A DNA stretch of 64,000 bases from an uncultured Clostridia bacterium (GTDB taxonomy: Bacteria > Bacillota > Clostridia > TANB77 > CAG-508): contig CAKOWY010000007.1 in NCBI GenBank assembly GCA_934129895.1, positions 20,107-84,106 on the forward strand, written 5' to 3'. Below, one piece after another: positions 52,033 to 62,491 of this stretch (its first letter is position 1; every line of letters begins with the position of its first letter). The notes under the pieces were generated by a model that did not search any database, was not told the DNA's origin, and saw only the letters and a list, made by a program, of their open reading frames with translations. The translations under genes and the position numbers were made by a program.

Positions 52033-52063
52033 TTATACTTTAAATAATCATATTTCTTTTTCT

Positions 52064-52939
52064 TTATTCTATATTTTGAATTTGTTCTCTTATATCTTCT
52101 ATTATTGTCTTTACTTCTACTACATTATTTGTAATGTCAAGATTATTTGCTTTAGAACCAATTGTATTAATTTCTCTGTTCATTTCTTGAATTAAAAAAT
52201 CCATTTTTTTGCCAGTTGCTCCATCAGAATTGATTAATTCTTTTAATTGTTCTATATGACTTTTTAATCTTGTAACTTCTTCTTCTACAGAACATTTATC
52301 AGCAAAAATAACAACTTCTTGCATTAATCTTGATTTATCTATATCATCTGTTTTCAATAATTCTTTTATTCTTTTCTCAAGTTTAACAATATATTCATCA
52401 ATTAATCCAATTGATAAACTTGATATATCTAAAATTTTCGAATTGATTTTATCTATCTTTTCTAAAATAGCTACTGAAATTTTTTGTCCCTCTTTTTTTC
52501 TCATTTCAATTAGTTGATTAACTGTATCTTGAACAACCTGTAACAATTCTTTTTTTATTTCATCATTGTCAAGATCTTCCTTTATAGTTAATACATCAGG
52601 TAATTTGGTTATTTCCGTAACCTCTATGTTTGCCTCTAATCCTTCTTCATCTGCCAATTTTTTTAAACTTCTTATATAATCTTTTGCCAATTCTGTATTT
52701 ATCACAATATTATTTATATTTTTCCCATGATTTTCGAAATTTATAGATACTTCTACTTTTCCTCTTTTCAAATTTGATGCAATTTCTTTTCTTACATCTT
52801 CTTCTAATGAACTTAAACATCTTGGCATTCTTATACTTGTATCTAAATATTTATGATTTACTGTTTTTATTTCTACTTGATATTCTCTTGAATTTATTGA
52901 TAATGTACTTTTTCCATATCCAGTCATACTTTTTATCAT
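52064..52939 (-). CDS. yicC: YicC/YloC-family protein (RNase YicC)
   Basis: MIKSMTGYGKS N-terminus, a YicC_N domain, and a C-terminal DUF1732-like region. Confidence 0.8.
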   Translation of the reverse strand: MIKSMTGYGKSTLSINSREYQVEIKTVNHKYLDTSIRMPRCLSSLEEDVRKEIASNLKRGKVEVSINFENHGKNINNIVINTELAKDYIRSLKKLADEEGLEANIEVTEITKLPDVLTIKEDLDNDEIKKELLQVVQDTVNQLIEMRKKEGQKISVAILEKIDKINSKILDISSLSIGLIDEYIVKLEKRIKELLKTDDIDKSRLMQEVVIFADKCSVEEEVTRLKSHIEQLKELINSDGATGKKMDFLIQEMNREINTIGSKANNLDITNNVVEVKTIIEDIREQIQNIE

Positions 52940-52965
52940 AATTATATCTCCTTTTTTATTTATGT

Positions 52966-55900
52966 TTATATTTCTATTTCTTTGTCTAAATATGTTGAAT
53001 ATATATATGTCTTAAAGATTTTTTGACCTGTACTTTTTTCTAATGCTCTCTTATATAAATCCAATTGTATTCTATATTTTTCTACAATATTTGATTCTTC
53101 TTTATTTGGAACATAATCTGTTTTAAAGTCAACAAGAATTAAATTTCCACCTTTGTCAATATAATATAAATCAATTACACCTTGAACTAATATTTTTTCT
53201 TCAAATCCACCTTGATATATTTCACAAGCTGGTATGTTTATATAAAATGGCTTTTCTCTTTCTACTTTTTCAGCTTGACACATTTCTTCCCATATCTTGC
53301 TTTGAGTAAATTTATATATTTTATTAAAATTTATTTCATCAGCCTCTTGTTGAGTGATAGTCTTTTTAGCAATCATTTTTTCAATCATTTCTTTTATTTC
53401 TTCAATTGTATATTTTCTATTATTTAAATCAAGATTTTGCATACATAAATGTATTAAAGAACCTTTTTCTGCATTTGTTATTTTAACCTCTTTATCTTTT
53501 TGAAGAAATTTGGGTTTTGGAAATTCTATATTTTGATTATTTAATTCATTTTCAGATTTTATATTATTTGAATCATTAATAATTTCCTTTATTTCTGTAA
53601 CTGACATTTTTGTTGGAAGTATCATTGAATTATAATATTTATATTTATAATCTAATTTTTCTTTTATATTTTTTTCAAGTTCAATATTTTCATCATGATT
53701 ATTTAACATGCATAAAATATCACTAGATTTCTTTTCATCCTCATCATTACCTGTTGTACTACATATTTTTGCTACATCTTCTTTTGTATAATAATTCCAT
53801 ATTGACAATTCTGACATTTTTTCTTTTTTATAATAATTAACTAAAGTTATCCATTCTAAATATGATTTTGCATTTTGTAACAACATATTATTTAATTCTT
53901 CATATTTTTCAATATTTTCAAAAATTTTATCTTGTTTTTCTTTCTTTACATAACCTGTAATTATTAATTTTTCTTTTGCTCTTGTTAGAGCTACATATAA
54001 GACTCTCATTTCTTCAGATAATGTTTCTATTTTCATTTTGTTTCTTATTGCTTTTTTTGATAATGTATCATATTGTATTTGTAAATCATAATCTATATAT
54101 TTTACACCTATTCCTAATTCGGGATGTAACAATATTTTTGAATTTAAATCTTGCATATTAAAGTTTTTACCTGAATTTGCCAAAATAACAATTGGAAACT
54201 CTAACCCTTTGCTCTTATGAATACTCATTATTCGTACAACATCATCATTTTCTCCTATTATCTTTGCAGAATCCATATCTTTACTACTCATTTTTAATTT
54301 TTCTATATAATTAATAAAATTATATAATCCCTTAAAACTAACACTTTCAAATTGTTTGGCTCTTTCAAATAACATTTTTAAATTTGCTTGCCTTAATTCT
54401 CCATTTTTCATCATTCCAACATAATTATAATATCCTGTGTCATTATAAATCTTCCATATAAATTCATCTAAGCTTAAATATTCTTGTTCTTCTCTCCATT
54501 GTTCTAGTTTATTTAAAAAGCTTTCTATTTTCTTGTTTAAATTTTCATTTACACTTGTTTTGGCTTTTATTAATGTATTATAAAAATTATCATATTTATC
54601 ATTTAACCTTATTTCAACTAAATCATTATCTGTAAATCCACCAATTATAGACCTCATTGTTGCCACTAATGGAATTTCTTGTAATGGATTATTTATTATT
54701 TTTAATAAGTTCATAATTGTCTGAATCTCAAGACTTTCAAGATATTCTGAAGAAGAATCACTAAATATTGGTATTCCTAATTTAATTACTTCTTTTTCAA
54801 AAATTGGTGCTGCAATTTTTGTAGATCTTAATAAGATAACTATGTCTTTAGGTCTTATATCTCTTTGGATTTCATTTTTGGTATCATATACTTGAAATTT
54901 TTTGTCTAACAATTCTTTTATTTTATTAGCAACAAACTGTGCCTCAACTTCTATATCTTCTTTTCTTTCAGTTTCTTCACTTTCTGCATCTTCGTCGCCA
55001 TCATCTTTATTTTTTAATTCATTTTCAAGTTCTTCTATATCTTCTTCATCACTTTCTTTTTTTTCTATAGTTATTATATCAATTTCTGTTTTATAATTTT
55101 CTCCAGCTGACTTATAGTTTGCACCTACATTTAAATATTCTTCTTCTGTATAATTTAATTCTCCTAATTCCTCACTCATTATACTCGAAAATATTAAATT
55201 AGAAAAATCTAATACTTCACTTCTACTTCTAAAATTTTTAAATAATTGAATTTTTAAATTATCATCTTTATTCTTTTCTTCTTTTAATTTGTAATTTTTA
55301 TATTTATCTAAAAATAAATCTGGTCGTGCTTGTCTGAATTTATATATACTTTGTTTTACATCTCCAACCATAAATATGTTGTTTCCTTTAGATATAGAAG
55401 TTAATATATATTCCTGTACAAGATTACTATCTTGATATTCATCTATTGCAATTTCTTGATATTTTTCTTGATATTTTTTTGCAATTTCTGTTGGCTTCCC
55501 ATTTTCATCAAGTAAAATTTTTAAAGCAAAATGTTCAATATCACTGAAGTCTACTATATTTTTTTCTCTCTTTTTTTGAGAAAATCTTTTGCTGAATTCA
55601 AATATTATAATTTTGAGTTTATTTAAAATATAATACATATTTTTTATATCTAAATATGCCTCTTGTGAATTCAATATTAAAACTTTGTCTGCTATTCTTT
55701 TCAACCCGTCTAAAATTTTTGAACGTGTTTTTTGTGCTTGTGTTTTTGTATCTGTTTTTATTTTTGAATCCATTGACCATTTGCCAAAATCTAACGATCT
55801 ATAAATTTCATAAGCTTTATCCCATGTGTCTAAATTTGATTGCAATAATTCTAATTGATTAAGATTTGCTCTTAAAAAATCATAACTCTTTTTTAATTCA

Positions 55901-56631
55901 GGACTTTCCATTAAATTTATTACTTCTCTCTTTAATTGTTCAACACCATCATCAACTATTTCTTTTATTTGTGCTATTAAAATTTTTCCCCATGTTGTTT
56001 CTGAAAAATCCTTTAAATTATCTGTTTCAATATTGAACATTTCTATTTTTTCTTCAAGCCATTTTTCAGGATAAGGATTGCTTTGTATATATTTATAAAT
56101 TGTTAGTATTAATTCTTTTAATGGTGTATCATCTCTATATCCTGTATATGTATTTATCAATTTTATAAAATCTTCATCCTTATTTTCATATTTTTCTTCG
56201 AATAATTCTTCTAACACATCTTGTTCTAATATTTCTATTTCTGTTGTATCTGCAATTCTAAAGTTTTGTGATATATCTATCTCAAAAAAATTATTTCTTA
56301 CTACATCTAAACAAAATGAATCTATTGTACATATACTTGCCTTATTTAATAATGTTACCTGTCTTTGTAAATTTAATTCATTGGGATTTTCATCAATTTT
56401 TTTATAAATTGCTTTTAATACTCTTTCTCTCATTTCAGATGCTGCAGCATTAGTAAATGTTACAATTAATAATCTATCTATATCTATTTTTTCATTTATA
56501 ATCTTATTTATAATTCTTTCTACTAGTACTGCTGTTTTACCACTTCCAGCAGCTGCTGCTACAAGTATATTATTACCTTTTTCATATATCGCTTGTTCCT
56601 GTTCTTTAGTCCATTTTACTTCCTTTGACAT
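52966..56631 (-). CDS. addA: ATP-dependent helicase/nuclease subunit A
   Basis: UvrD-like helicase motifs (AAAGSGKT Walker A) followed by a C-terminal PD-(D/E)xK nuclease domain. 1221 aa. Confidence 0.9.
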   Translation of the reverse strand: MSKEVKWTKEQEQAIYEKGNNILVAAAAGSGKTAVLVERIINKIINEKIDIDRLLIVTFTNAAASEMRERVLKAIYKKIDENPNELNLQRQVTLLNKASICTIDSFCLDVVRNNFFEIDISQNFRIADTTEIEILEQDVLEELFEEKYENKDEDFIKLINTYTGYRDDTPLKELILTIYKYIQSNPYPEKWLEEKIEMFNIETDNLKDFSETTWGKILIAQIKEIVDDGVEQLKREVINLMESPELKKSYDFLRANLNQLELLQSNLDTWDKAYEIYRSLDFGKWSMDSKIKTDTKTQAQKTRSKILDGLKRIADKVLILNSQEAYLDIKNMYYILNKLKIIIFEFSKRFSQKKREKNIVDFSDIEHFALKILLDENGKPTEIAKKYQEKYQEIAIDEYQDSNLVQEYILTSISKGNNIFMVGDVKQSIYKFRQARPDLFLDKYKNYKLKEEKNKDDNLKIQLFKNFRSRSEVLDFSNLIFSSIMSEELGELNYTEEEYLNVGANYKSAGENYKTEIDIITIEKKESDEEDIEELENELKNKDDGDEDAESEETERKEDIEVEAQFVANKIKELLDKKFQVYDTKNEIQRDIRPKDIVILLRSTKIAAPIFEKEVIKLGIPIFSDSSSEYLESLEIQTIMNLLKIINNPLQEIPLVATMRSIIGGFTDNDLVEIRLNDKYDNFYNTLIKAKTSVNENLNKKIESFLNKLEQWREEQEYLSLDEFIWKIYNDTGYYNYVGMMKNGELRQANLKMLFERAKQFESVSFKGLYNFINYIEKLKMSSKDMDSAKIIGENDDVVRIMSIHKSKGLEFPIVILANSGKNFNMQDLNSKILLHPELGIGVKYIDYDLQIQYDTLSKKAIRNKMKIETLSEEMRVLYVALTRAKEKLIITGYVKKEKQDKIFENIEKYEELNNMLLQNAKSYLEWITLVNYYKKEKMSELSIWNYYTKEDVAKICSTTGNDEDEKKSSDILCMLNNHDENIELEKNIKEKLDYKYKYYNSMILPTKMSVTEIKEIINDSNNIKSENELNNQNIEFPKPKFLQKDKEVKITNAEKGSLIHLCMQNLDLNNRKYTIEEIKEMIEKMIAKKTITQQEADEINFNKIYKFTQSKIWEEMCQAEKVEREKPFYINIPACEIYQGGFEEKILVQGVIDLYYIDKGGNLILVDFKTDYVPNKEESNIVEKYRIQLDLYKRALEKSTGQKIFKTYIYSTYLDKEIEI

Positions 56632-56703
56632 TTATTTTTCCTTTCTTTATTCTAATACTATTATTCTATTACATCTTTGCTTTTTTTTCAATAATATATA
56701 AAA

Positions 56704-56738
56704 ATAAACAGGCAGGAGCTATAGCTCCTGCCTGTTTA
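56704..56738. terminator. perfect hairpin terminator between addA start region and the GC-rich orphan gene
   Basis: AAACAGGCAGGAGC TATA GCTCCTGCCTGTTT followed by ATTT. Lies 8 nt past the orphan gene stop. Confidence 0.7.
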
Positions 56739-56745
56739 TTTGCAG

Positions 56746-57078
56746 TTACAGCAGTGCACTAATTGCAACTTTCTGTCCCTGATTAGCAATCAGTCTATCT
56801 TCATAGCCATTTTTAGCCATGTTCCAAACCGATACCTTGACATCCTGAGTCGCCTCTGCAATTTTCAGCAGTTTTTTGTCCGTACTATTTTCACACGCCG
56901 AGTAGCCCATGTTCCTCATGTTCTCATCCCAGTACTCAGCATACCAACCTTGCATACTCTTATTTTCTTCGGTCGGTCTGGTCACAAATGCAATTTGTAA
57001 CTTCCTTCTCATCCAAAGAAGTTCTTCAACCTCTTTCCTTTCGAATCTCATAGTCGTGCACTCATTACTGTCTTTCAT
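56746..57078 (-). CDS. orphan 110-aa protein encoded in a GC-rich segment
   Basis: AGGAGGG lies 7 nt before the ATG. The open frame is Trp/Glu-rich (WYAEYWDENMRNMGY). It is followed by a perfect terminator, and local GC is about 45%. Confidence 0.5.
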   Translation of the reverse strand: MKDSNECTTMRFERKEVEELLWMRRKLQIAFVTRPTEENKSMQGWYAEYWDENMRNMGYSACENSTDKKLLKIAEATQDVKVSVWNMAKNGYEDRLIANQGQKVAISALL

Positions 57079-57154
57079 TTTTTTACCCTCCTGAATTACA
57101 TTAAGGTTCTTCTGTTTTCTACGCTTTCTTGTTGATTACTCAAACTAACAATAT

Positions 57155-57182
57155 ATTATACCACTTTTTTCCATTTTGTCAA
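57155..57182 (-). promoter_or_regulatory. near-consensus sigma-A promoter for the orphan gene
   Basis: On the minus strand, TTGACA, a 16-nt spacer, then TGGTATAAT (an extended -10), about 95 nt upstream of the ATG. Confidence 0.5.
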
Positions 57183-57216
57183 TAGTTTTTTGTTCATTTA
57201 ACCTTTTAGACAAAAA

Positions 57217-57894
57217 TTACTTACAAAATCTATGTTTTCCTATAGTAACAGTCATCGGTCTTGACCAAATCCATTTATTAGTTGCTGTACTAGGATTAAA
57301 ATAATATATTGCCCCATAAGATGGATCCCATCCATTTAATGCATCTTGTGCTGCTTTTTTTGCTGTACTATCAGGAGTCATATTAATTTGTCCATCAGAA
57401 ACTGCGTCAAATGCTCCACTTTGATATATTACTCCAGATATTGTATTTGGAAATGAACTACTTTTAACTCTATTTAACACAACTGCTGCAACAGCAACTT
57501 GCCCTGTATATGTTTCTCCTCTTGCTTCTCCATAAACAAGTCTTGCAAGTAAATTCAAATTAGAAGAATTGTTAGATGTTGAACTACTTGAAGAAGAACT
57601 TGTTTGTATTCCCATTGCATTAAGTGTTTTTGTTCCTGCTATTCCATCAACAGTTAATCCGTTTTTCTTTTGGAATTTTTTCACTGCTGCAACAGTTTGA
57701 CTGCCATATATTCCATCTATAGATCCATTATAATATCCCCATCTCTTTAATTTTTGTTGTATAGTAGTTACTTCACTTCCTCTTGAACCATATTTAGATA
57801 ATGCTTCTACACTGTCATTCATCGAAAATATAATCATTGCTGTACTAGTACAAACAGCAATAAAAAGTATAACAAATATAATTTTCTTTTTCAT
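57217..57894 (-). CDS. sleB: spore cortex-lytic enzyme SleB
   Basis: Signal/transmembrane N-terminus, a PG_binding_1 domain (GSRGSEVTTIQQKLKRWGYYNGSIDGIYG), a Ser-rich linker, and the Hydrolase_2 motif LLARLVYGEARGE...AVAAVVLNRV. Confidence 0.85.
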   Translation of the reverse strand: MKKKIIFVILFIAVCTSTAMIIFSMNDSVEALSKYGSRGSEVTTIQQKLKRWGYYNGSIDGIYGSQTVAAVKKFQKKNGLTVDGIAGTKTLNAMGIQTSSSSSSSTSNNSSNLNLLARLVYGEARGETYTGQVAVAAVVLNRVKSSSFPNTISGVIYQSGAFDAVSDGQINMTPDSTAKKAAQDALNGWDPSYGAIYYFNPSTATNKWIWSRPMTVTIGKHRFCK

Positions 57895-57964
57895 AACATT
57901 CCTTTCTAAAAAAACAATTTTTGTTATTATTTACAAAATTATAAATATTATACTTTTTTTCGAT

Positions 57965-58402
57965 TTATAGATTTTTTATTGCATTACGTGCTAATTCATC
58001 ACATCTATTATTATATTCGTTATCTGCGTGTCCTTTAACTTTAATAAACTCTACTTTGTGTTTTTGAGTTAAACTATATAATTCTTGCCATAATTCTTTA
58101 TTTTTCACAGGATCTCCACTTGCTGTTTTCCATCCTTTTTTAATCCACCCAAAAATCCATTTTTGATTAAAAGCATTAACAGTATAAGCACTGTCACTAT
58201 ATACTTGAACATCACTTTCAACTTTTAAACATTTTAATGCCTCTATAACAGCTGTTACTTCCATAATATTATTTGTGGTGTCTTTACTTCCGCCGGAAAT
58301 TTCTTTTTTTATTCCTTTATACATTAAAATAGCTCCCCATCCACCTGGACCAGGATTTCCAGAACATGCCCCATCTGTATATATTATAACCTTTTCTCCC
58401 AT
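57965..58402 (-). CDS. rnhA: ribonuclease HI
   Basis: [18 protein letters not shown]-terminal motif. 145 aa. Confidence 0.85.
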   Translation of the reverse strand: MGEKVIIYTDGACSGNPGPGGWGAILMYKGIKKEISGGSKDTTNNIMEVTAVIEALKCLKVESDVQVYSDSAYTVNAFNQKWIFGWIKKGWKTASGDPVKNKELWQELYSLTQKHKVEFIKVKGHADNEYNNRCDELARNAIKNL

Positions 58403-58517
58403 TTTTCATCCTTTCACATTTTACTATATTTTTTTTATAATTTGTTGTATATATTTTTATTTTATGATAAGATTATAACAATAAATTTAAAAAAATACAA
58501 TACAAAGGAGAATAAAC

Positions 58518-59759
58518 ATGGATAACGTTTTAGGAATTATATGTGAATATAATCCATTTCATAATGGTCATTTATATCATTTAAATGAATCAAAAAAAAT
58601 TGCTAATTGTAAATATTCAATTGCAGTTATTTCTGGAAATTTTACTCAAAGAGGAGAACCTTCATTAATAGATAAATGGTCAAAAGCAGAAATGGCTATA
58701 AGAAACGGTGTAGACCTAGTTATAGAACTTCCTACAATTTATTCAATATCTAGTGCTGAAAATTTTGCAAATGGTGCAGTAAAAATTTTAAATTCTTTAA
58801 AAATTGTAGATTGTTTATCTTTTGGAAGTGAGTGTGGCGATATATCTATTTTAAATGATATCGTACAAGTTCTTATAGAAGAACCTAAAGCTTATCAAAC
58901 TCTATTAGCCCATGAACTAGCTAAAGGAATTTCATTTCCAAATGCTAGAGAAAATGCATTATTAATGTACTTAGGAAATGTTAGAAGATTTGCTAATATT
59001 CTTTCTTCTCCTAATAATATTTTAGGTATAGAATATTTAAAATCTTTAAAATTAAATCAATCAAAGATAAATCCTATTACATTAAAAAGACAGGAATCAG
59101 AACATAACACAAGCTTTTTTACTTCATCATCAAGATATGCAAGTGGTTCTGCTATACGAAATACTTGTTTTACAAATGATATTACAAATATCCAACGTGT
59201 TGTTCCTGAAATTTCTTATGATATTATCGAAAATAAACTAGAAAATGGAACATTGATAAAAAATATATCTGTTTTTGATAAAGAAATTTTATTCACTTTG
59301 AGAAAAATGTCAGTTGAAGAAATTGCTGAGCTTCCAGATGTTTCTGAAGGATTGGAATTTTCAATTAAAAAAATAGCAAACTCATGTAATACAGTTCAAG
59401 AATTTTTAAACTCAATTAATTCAAAAAGATATACTCAATCTAGAATCCAAAGAATTTTATTATATGCAATGTTAGGCATTACAAAAAAGGATATGCTATT
59501 ATCAAAAAATACTATTCCTTATGTAAGAGTTCTTGGTTTTAATAAAAATGGTGAAAAACTAATTGGAGAAATTGTAAAACAAAATCCAAAACTTCCTGTA
59601 ATTACATCTGTAAAAAAATTTATGGATACAAATACTAATAAAAATTTAAAACATTTCATGGAAAAAGACATTGAAGCTACTAATATTTATACATTAGGTT
59701 ATCAAAAAAATTCTGAAGCAAATCTTGACTATACTCATAAATTAATAATTGATAATTAA
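58518..59759 (+). CDS. tmcAL: tRNA(Met) cytidine acetate ligase (UPF0348/YlbM nucleotidyltransferase family)
   Basis: N-terminal GIICEYNPFHNGHLYHL HxGH-like motif. 413 aa. Confidence 0.7.
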   Translation: MDNVLGIICEYNPFHNGHLYHLNESKKIANCKYSIAVISGNFTQRGEPSLIDKWSKAEMAIRNGVDLVIELPTIYSISSAENFANGAVKILNSLKIVDCLSFGSECGDISILNDIVQVLIEEPKAYQTLLAHELAKGISFPNARENALLMYLGNVRRFANILSSPNNILGIEYLKSLKLNQSKINPITLKRQESEHNTSFFTSSSRYASGSAIRNTCFTNDITNIQRVVPEISYDIIENKLENGTLIKNISVFDKEILFTLRKMSVEEIAELPDVSEGLEFSIKKIANSCNTVQEFLNSINSKRYTQSRIQRILLYAMLGITKKDMLLSKNTIPYVRVLGFNKNGEKLIGEIVKQNPKLPVITSVKKFMDTNTNKNLKHFMEKDIEATNIYTLGYQKNSEANLDYTHKLIIDN

Positions 59760-59766
59760 CAAAAAA

Positions 59767-59800
59767 ATAGCAATATAAATTATTGCTATTTTTTGTTTTT
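59767..59800. terminator. bidirectional rho-independent terminator
   Basis: AATAGCAAT ATAAATT ATTGCTATT stem, then TTTTTG. Confidence 0.6.
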
Positions 59801-59801
59801 A

Positions 59802-62369
59802 TTATTTTTCTATCCATTTTACTAAATCTAAATTTTCACTATCTAAAAGCATTTCATGTTTTGGCATAACTCTAAATGAATATCCAAAGTTTCCTCCAGA
59901 AGTTAAAGGAATTTTTGCTGTATAATAATATTTTTTATTTTCTTCATCTTTTCTTTCTAATTTCATTTCTATAACTTTTACATCTTGTACAGTTCCATTA
60001 TCTAAAAATCTGCCATAGTAAACTTCAGCTTTTATATGATTTACATCAATATTTGGTAATACTACTGAACATTTTACATCTATTATATTTCCAGCATCTA
60101 ATGTAACATTATCTGCATTTTTTTCTTCTTGTTCTATTTGGATATCTTTCCAATTTGAACTTATACTTTGCTTCCAAGCATCATATTCAGTAACTTTTTC
60201 TAAATTACTATAATATTTCTTCGTTAAATTACATAAAGGCATATATAATTGATTTGTATAATCAACTAACATTCTAGATGTACTGTATTTTCCTCCTGTT
60301 GACATTATTGAATTTTTCATATATTGAATCCATGTTTTTGAAATACCATTTTCATCTTTATCATAATATGTTGGAATTATTTTATGCTCTAATGTTTCAT
60401 ACATACTTTGGCTATCAGCATTATCTTGTTCTTCATAAGAAACATAGTCTTTATTTGTTCCTATTGTCCATCCGTTTTTTTGGTTATATCCTTCAGCCCA
60501 CCATCCATCTAAAACACTAAAATTTACAACTCCGTTTACAGATGCTTTTTGTCCACTTGTTCCTGATGCTTCCATTGGTCTTCTTGGATTATTTAACCAT
60601 ACATCTACACCACTTACTAAATATCTTGATATTTCTATGTTATAATTTTCAAGTATAAATATTTTTCCTTTAAATTGTGGCATCATAGATACTTCATGAA
60701 TTTGTTTTATTAAATCAGCTCCATACTTATCAGCTGGATGTGCTTTTCCAGCAAATATTAATATTACAGGTCTATCTGCATTATTTAATATTTGTGTTAT
60801 TCTTTCTATATCTCTGAATATTAATGTTGCTCTTTTATATGTTGCAAATCTTCTTGCAAAACCAATTGTTAGTGCTTCTGGATTAAGATTTCCTAAAGCT
60901 TCATTTATTGCATCATAACTTACACCTTCTCTTCTTAATCTAACTGTTAAGTTATGTCTAACAACATCTAATAATTTCTTTTTTCTTTCTAAATGCTCTT
61001 TCCATAATTCTTCATCTGGAATTGAATTTATTTTTTTCCATACATCATCTTCATGAATGTTATCTTGCCAATATGGAATTAAATATTTGTTATATAAATC
61101 TTTCATTTTAGGAGCAAGCCATGTACATGTATGTACACCATTTGTTACATAAGTTATTGGAGATTCACTTGGTGCAATATGTGGCCATACATCTGCAAAT
61201 AATTCTCTTGAAACTTCTCCATGTAATTTACTTACACCATTTTTCTTTCCAGCAATTTTTAATGCTAATATTCCCATATTAAATCCAGGTTCTAGGTTAT
61301 CACCAGGCTTCATTCCAAGTCTTAAAAAGTCTTCTCTTGATATTCCTAAACGTGGCCAAAAATCTTTAAAATACTTTTCAACTAATCCAATTGGGAATAT
61401 ATCATTTCCTGCCGGAACTGGTGTATGTGTTGTAAATACAGTTTTTGAAGATGCAATATCTTTTGCAATATTAAAAGATACTTGTTTTTCTTTTATTGTG
61501 TCTTTTATTATTTCTAGATTTAAAAACGCAGAATGTCCTTCATTCATGTGATATATTGTAGGATTGTATCCTAATTTTTTTAATGTATGTACTCCACCCA
61601 TTCCAAGAATTATTTCTTGACGGATTCTCATTTCTTGATCTCCACCATATAATTTTGCTGTTGTTCCTCTATCTTCTTCATTATTTATATCAAGATCAGA
61701 ATCTAATAAATATAATTTTATTCTACCTACATTTATTTGCCATACTTTTAAATATACTCTTCTCTCTGGAAATTTTACATAAGTTATAAAATCATTTCCA
61801 TCATTATCTTTTACTGCTGATATAGGCAAATCATATAAATTTAAGTCTTTATATTCTGGATGTTGTATTCCATCATTATCAATTCTTTGGTGGAAGTATC
61901 CATTTTTATACATTAATCCAACAGCTACTAAAGGAATACCTAAATCACTTGCAGATTTTAGATGATCTCCTGACAATATTCCTAATCCACCTGAATATAT
62001 ACCTATTGTTTGGTCTAATCCATATTCTGCAGAGAAATATGCAATTAAATCATTTTTATTATCAAAGTATTTTTGGCTAAACCATGTATTTTTACTTGCC
62101 ATATATCCATCAAAATTTTCAACTATTTTATCATATTCTTTCAAAAAAGCTGGATCTTTTTCTACTTCTTCTAATTTTTCTTGTGACACTTGTTTTAAAA
62201 ATTTTATAGGATTTTTTTCACATTTTTCCCATAAATCTCTATCTATAGTCTTTAAAAGTCTTAAGAACTCTGTATTCCAAGACCACCATAAATTGTTCGC
62301 AATTTCTGTAATTTTATTTATTCTTTTTGGTAATTGTGGATTTACTACAATTCTATTAAATACGTACAT
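59802..62369 (-). CDS. glgP: alpha-glucan (glycogen/maltodextrin) phosphorylase, GT35
   Basis: GGLGILSGD and pyridoxal-phosphate site EASGTSGQKASVNG. 855 aa. Confidence 0.85.
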   Translation of the reverse strand: MYVFNRIVVNPQLPKRINKITEIANNLWWSWNTEFLRLLKTIDRDLWEKCEKNPIKFLKQVSQEKLEEVEKDPAFLKEYDKIVENFDGYMASKNTWFSQKYFDNKNDLIAYFSAEYGLDQTIGIYSGGLGILSGDHLKSASDLGIPLVAVGLMYKNGYFHQRIDNDGIQHPEYKDLNLYDLPISAVKDNDGNDFITYVKFPERRVYLKVWQINVGRIKLYLLDSDLDINNEEDRGTTAKLYGGDQEMRIRQEIILGMGGVHTLKKLGYNPTIYHMNEGHSAFLNLEIIKDTIKEKQVSFNIAKDIASSKTVFTTHTPVPAGNDIFPIGLVEKYFKDFWPRLGISREDFLRLGMKPGDNLEPGFNMGILALKIAGKKNGVSKLHGEVSRELFADVWPHIAPSESPITYVTNGVHTCTWLAPKMKDLYNKYLIPYWQDNIHEDDVWKKINSIPDEELWKEHLERKKKLLDVVRHNLTVRLRREGVSYDAINEALGNLNPEALTIGFARRFATYKRATLIFRDIERITQILNNADRPVILIFAGKAHPADKYGADLIKQIHEVSMMPQFKGKIFILENYNIEISRYLVSGVDVWLNNPRRPMEASGTSGQKASVNGVVNFSVLDGWWAEGYNQKNGWTIGTNKDYVSYEEQDNADSQSMYETLEHKIIPTYYDKDENGISKTWIQYMKNSIMSTGGKYSTSRMLVDYTNQLYMPLCNLTKKYYSNLEKVTEYDAWKQSISSNWKDIQIEQEEKNADNVTLDAGNIIDVKCSVVLPNIDVNHIKAEVYYGRFLDNGTVQDVKVIEMKLERKDEENKKYYYTAKIPLTSGGNFGYSFRVMPKHEMLLDSENLDLVKWIEK

Positions 62370-62491
62370 TTATATCTTCCTCCTAAGTTTTTCTTTAATT
62401 CTTTTTTCTTTTCGTAATCGCTTATATTATCTACTAAATTATTTTTTTTGTCAATGTTTTTTTATATTTTTATTTGTTTTAATTAATTTAT

